Source: Squalus acanthias (Eukaryota). Taken from it: 64,000 nucleotides of DNA. The position numbers and the translations under genes were made by a program. The notes beneath the pieces are model-generated. The model made no database searches and was not told the DNA's origin. It saw only the letters and a program-made list of their open reading frames with translations. Shown here piece after piece: positions 61,405 to 64,000 of this stretch; the first letter of the stretch is position 1, and each line of letters starts with the position of its first letter. The stretch covers positions 173,230,001 to 173,294,000 of the forward strand of contig CM059425.1 of assembly GCA_030390025.1 (NCBI GenBank), read 5' to 3'.

Positions 61405-64000
61405 ATCCAGGGGGAAAATGGTCCAACCGTGGCTAACAAGAGAAGTTAAAGATAGTATTAGATTAAAGGAAAAGGTTTATAATGTGGCCAAAAAGAGCAG
61501 TAAGCCTGAGAACTGGGAGGATTTTAAAATTCAATGAAGGAGGACCAAGAAATTGATAAGTGAGAGAAAATAGAATATGAGAGTAAACTAGCAAGAGACA
61601 TGAAAACAGATTGTAAAAGCTTCTATAGATATGTAAAAAGAAAGAGATTTGTGAAAGTAAATGTGAGTCCCTTACAGGCAGAGACAGGAGAAATTATAAT
61701 GGGGAATAAGGAAATGGTAGAGACCTTAAACAAATACTCTGGGATAGAAATTCATTATAACCAAGGAATGGGCAGTGTTTAGACTAAAAATAGTGAATTA
61801 GTGCCAGGTGAAAATGGTCTAGACTGCACGCAAAATTCGTCTTCACTCCTCATTAAAATGATTAGAGCCATAAATCTAGTCTAAAAACCCAAGCTCATTG
61901 GTGTTACACTGAAAAGATGGATCAATATTGGGAGTACTCTAAATACAAGTAATGATTGCCACAGGCTTTTTTTGCTGCTTAAAGGGGAGGGCCGTTGATG
62001 CTGCAGCACCTCATTCTCAGCATTGTTGGCTGTGCAGCTGCCTCAACAACCGTAAGAAGGAGGAGAAGGAGCACTTACTTACAAATCCTGATGGCAGATT
62101 GCCGCCCCAGGGAGCGAGTCCACAGGTTTTCCCATGAAGCTTTGGAGGCATTGGCTATAGCGGTGGAGAGAAGGCGCCCGGTCCTGTACCCACCAACTGG
62201 CAGGAGGCCCTTGCCACAAGTCTGCTGCACTATGTGGAGGGAGGTGGCACACCACATCACGGACAGCACTGTGGTCCCCAGGACCCACACCCAGTGCAGG
62301 AATAACTTTAACAAGCTCACACGGGTGGGCAGGGCGAGCGAAGGCTTCAACAAATGTTACATACCACCATCTGTACTACAAACTTCACACACTGCTCAAT
62401 GCACCATACCCTCAGCACTCACCCACCAACAATCTCTACCTACCAAAACTCACACCCACATCTCAAATCTTGCACCCAATGGCAGCTATTCAACTATGGC
62501 AGGCACAACGTTCATTAGTTCTTAGAATGCTTGTGATATGTTTATGCATAAATTTATTAATAGAGTTTGACATATATTGTGGCCTCTCTCATTTCACCTT
62601 TGCACCCAGGAGGTCGCTGTGATATGGCATGACACAGGGATGTTATGATGGGAATGTGGTGAGCAAAGGGAATCTGGGATTTCATTCATTCAAATCGGAG
62701 TCTGAAGAGTCGGTCACGGACCGCCCATCTGGAAGCCCAATTGTCCAGTTGCCTCCTCCCTCCCTCCTGTTCCTCATCTTCTTCCTCCTCGTCTTCTTCC
62801 TCCTCGTCTTCTTCCTCCTCCCTCTGCGCACATGCTCCCGTCTTCCTTGTTGCCTCTGTCCCCTCCGCCGTAGAGGGCGAGGTGGACTGCCAGTACAGCC
62901 CCTATGACTTTTAGCAAGTGTTGTAGGTTGAATCTTTCAAGAATAAATTTTGCACTTTTCTATTTGCCACAACACTCCTGATACTAAAGGACCTTCAAAT
63001 CACTAAATAAAACTATTGCAGTATCAGGAACTAACACACAGGCACTGAAACTTCACTAACCTGTCAGGTGCGAGTGATTGGGGCTGATCCCTTTAAATAA
63101 CATCCCTAGATGCCAGCTTCCTGGTGCTGCACGCCAGCTGTTCCTGTCGGTGTTTACTCCAGGCGGTGAGGTAAGTGGCAAGAAGCAATTTGGCAGCTCA
63201 GCTGTTCAGTGAGCGTTGCACATTCTCTGACGCCATGATCTCCCTGGCGTTGATGTCCCCAGCGATCACTGTTACTGGCAGCGCTATGGGGGATGGGGGG
63301 GTCCCAATTTAGCGTGCGGCGCTGGATTCGACAGGAGCTGTCGTTACAGCTCTCAACGCCGCATCAGTGCCATCTACTTGCACTTGTGGGTGGCGCTAAG
63401 GGGATTAATTTTTCCCCCTTTGTATCGGTCTTCACAGAGGATGACACAAAAAACATTCCGGAACTAGTGGGGAACCAGGGGTCTAATGAGAATGAGGAAC
63501 TTAAAGAAATTAGTATTAGTAAAAGAAATAGTACTGACGAAATTAATGGGACTAAAGGCCGACAAATCCCCTGGACCTGATGGCCTACATCCTAGGGTTT
63601 TAAAAGAGGTGACTACAGAGATAGCGGATGCATTGGTTTTGATCTTCCAGAATTCCCTAGATTCTAGAACGGTCCCCGTGGATTGGAAGGTAGCAAATGT
63701 AACCCCGCTACTCAAGAAAGGAGGGAGAGAGAAAACAGGGAACTATAGACCAGTTAGCCTGACATCAGATGTTTGACAAATCTAATAGCGTTTTTTGAGG
63801 TTGTAACTAGCAGGATAGATAAGGGGGAACCAGTAGATGTATATGTTAGCCTTTAATACAAAAGGATTGGAGTGTAAGAGTAAAGAAGTCTTACTACAAT
63901 TTTATAGGGCCTTAGTGAGGCCACACCTGGAGTACTGTATACAGTTCTGGTCTCTTTACCTCGGGAAGGATATACTTGCCTTAGAAGGAGTGCAACAAAG
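61405..64000 (+). mobile_element. CR1 ORF2 fragment with internal deletions, split by a Harbinger derivative; runs off the window
   Basis: ORFs 61600-61740 (KSFYRYVKRK, ETLNKY) and 63486-63776 (KSPGPDG, NYRPVSLTS) rejoin as aacaaatactYtgtatcggtc. Confidence 0.9.
61741..63418. mobile_element. Internally deleted Harbinger (Myb exon on +, fused transposase start and acidic tail on -)
   Basis: Termini gggatagaaatt / aatttttccccc; flanks tct/ttt inside the CR1; RFSHEALEALAIAVERRRPVLYP...WREVA...RTHTQCRNNFNKL at 62091-62330; EEED repeats at 62760-62820. Confidence 0.82.

Overview
Eukaryotic, repeat-saturated vertebrate DNA. The repeat families (CR1 LINEs with an SGNH-esterase ORF1, Penelope-like elements, Myb-bearing Harbingers, L2-tailed SINEs) point to a cartilaginous fish (shark or ray); this is an inference from recalled family features, not a database result. 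I found no recognisable host gene, rRNA, tRNA or CRISPR array, and nearly every ORF in the track is a transposon fragment or an antisense shadow of one. Main contents: four long CR1 copies plus many 3' fragments; a second APE-RT LINE family; Penelope-like elements with minimal hammerhead ribozymes, one of them with a ~355-bp inverted pLTR; a reconstructable two-gene Harbinger (18.6-27.9 kb) split by three nested insertions (Penelope, a young CR1, a ~1.5-kb solo-LTR-like element); several internally deleted Harbingers and MITEs; a 33-bp G-rich minisatellite; and a decayed Gypsy relic. The best leads are very short Penelope insertions that break at the hammerhead or reduce to an inverted end plus tail, an apparently ORF1-less LINE with a SINE-like 5' segment, the long CpG-rich solo LTR, and repeated retention of the Myb exon in deleted Harbingers. 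I cannot show from sequence alone that any of these is a new system. Coordinates were read by eye, and ends without a stated TSD are approximate.
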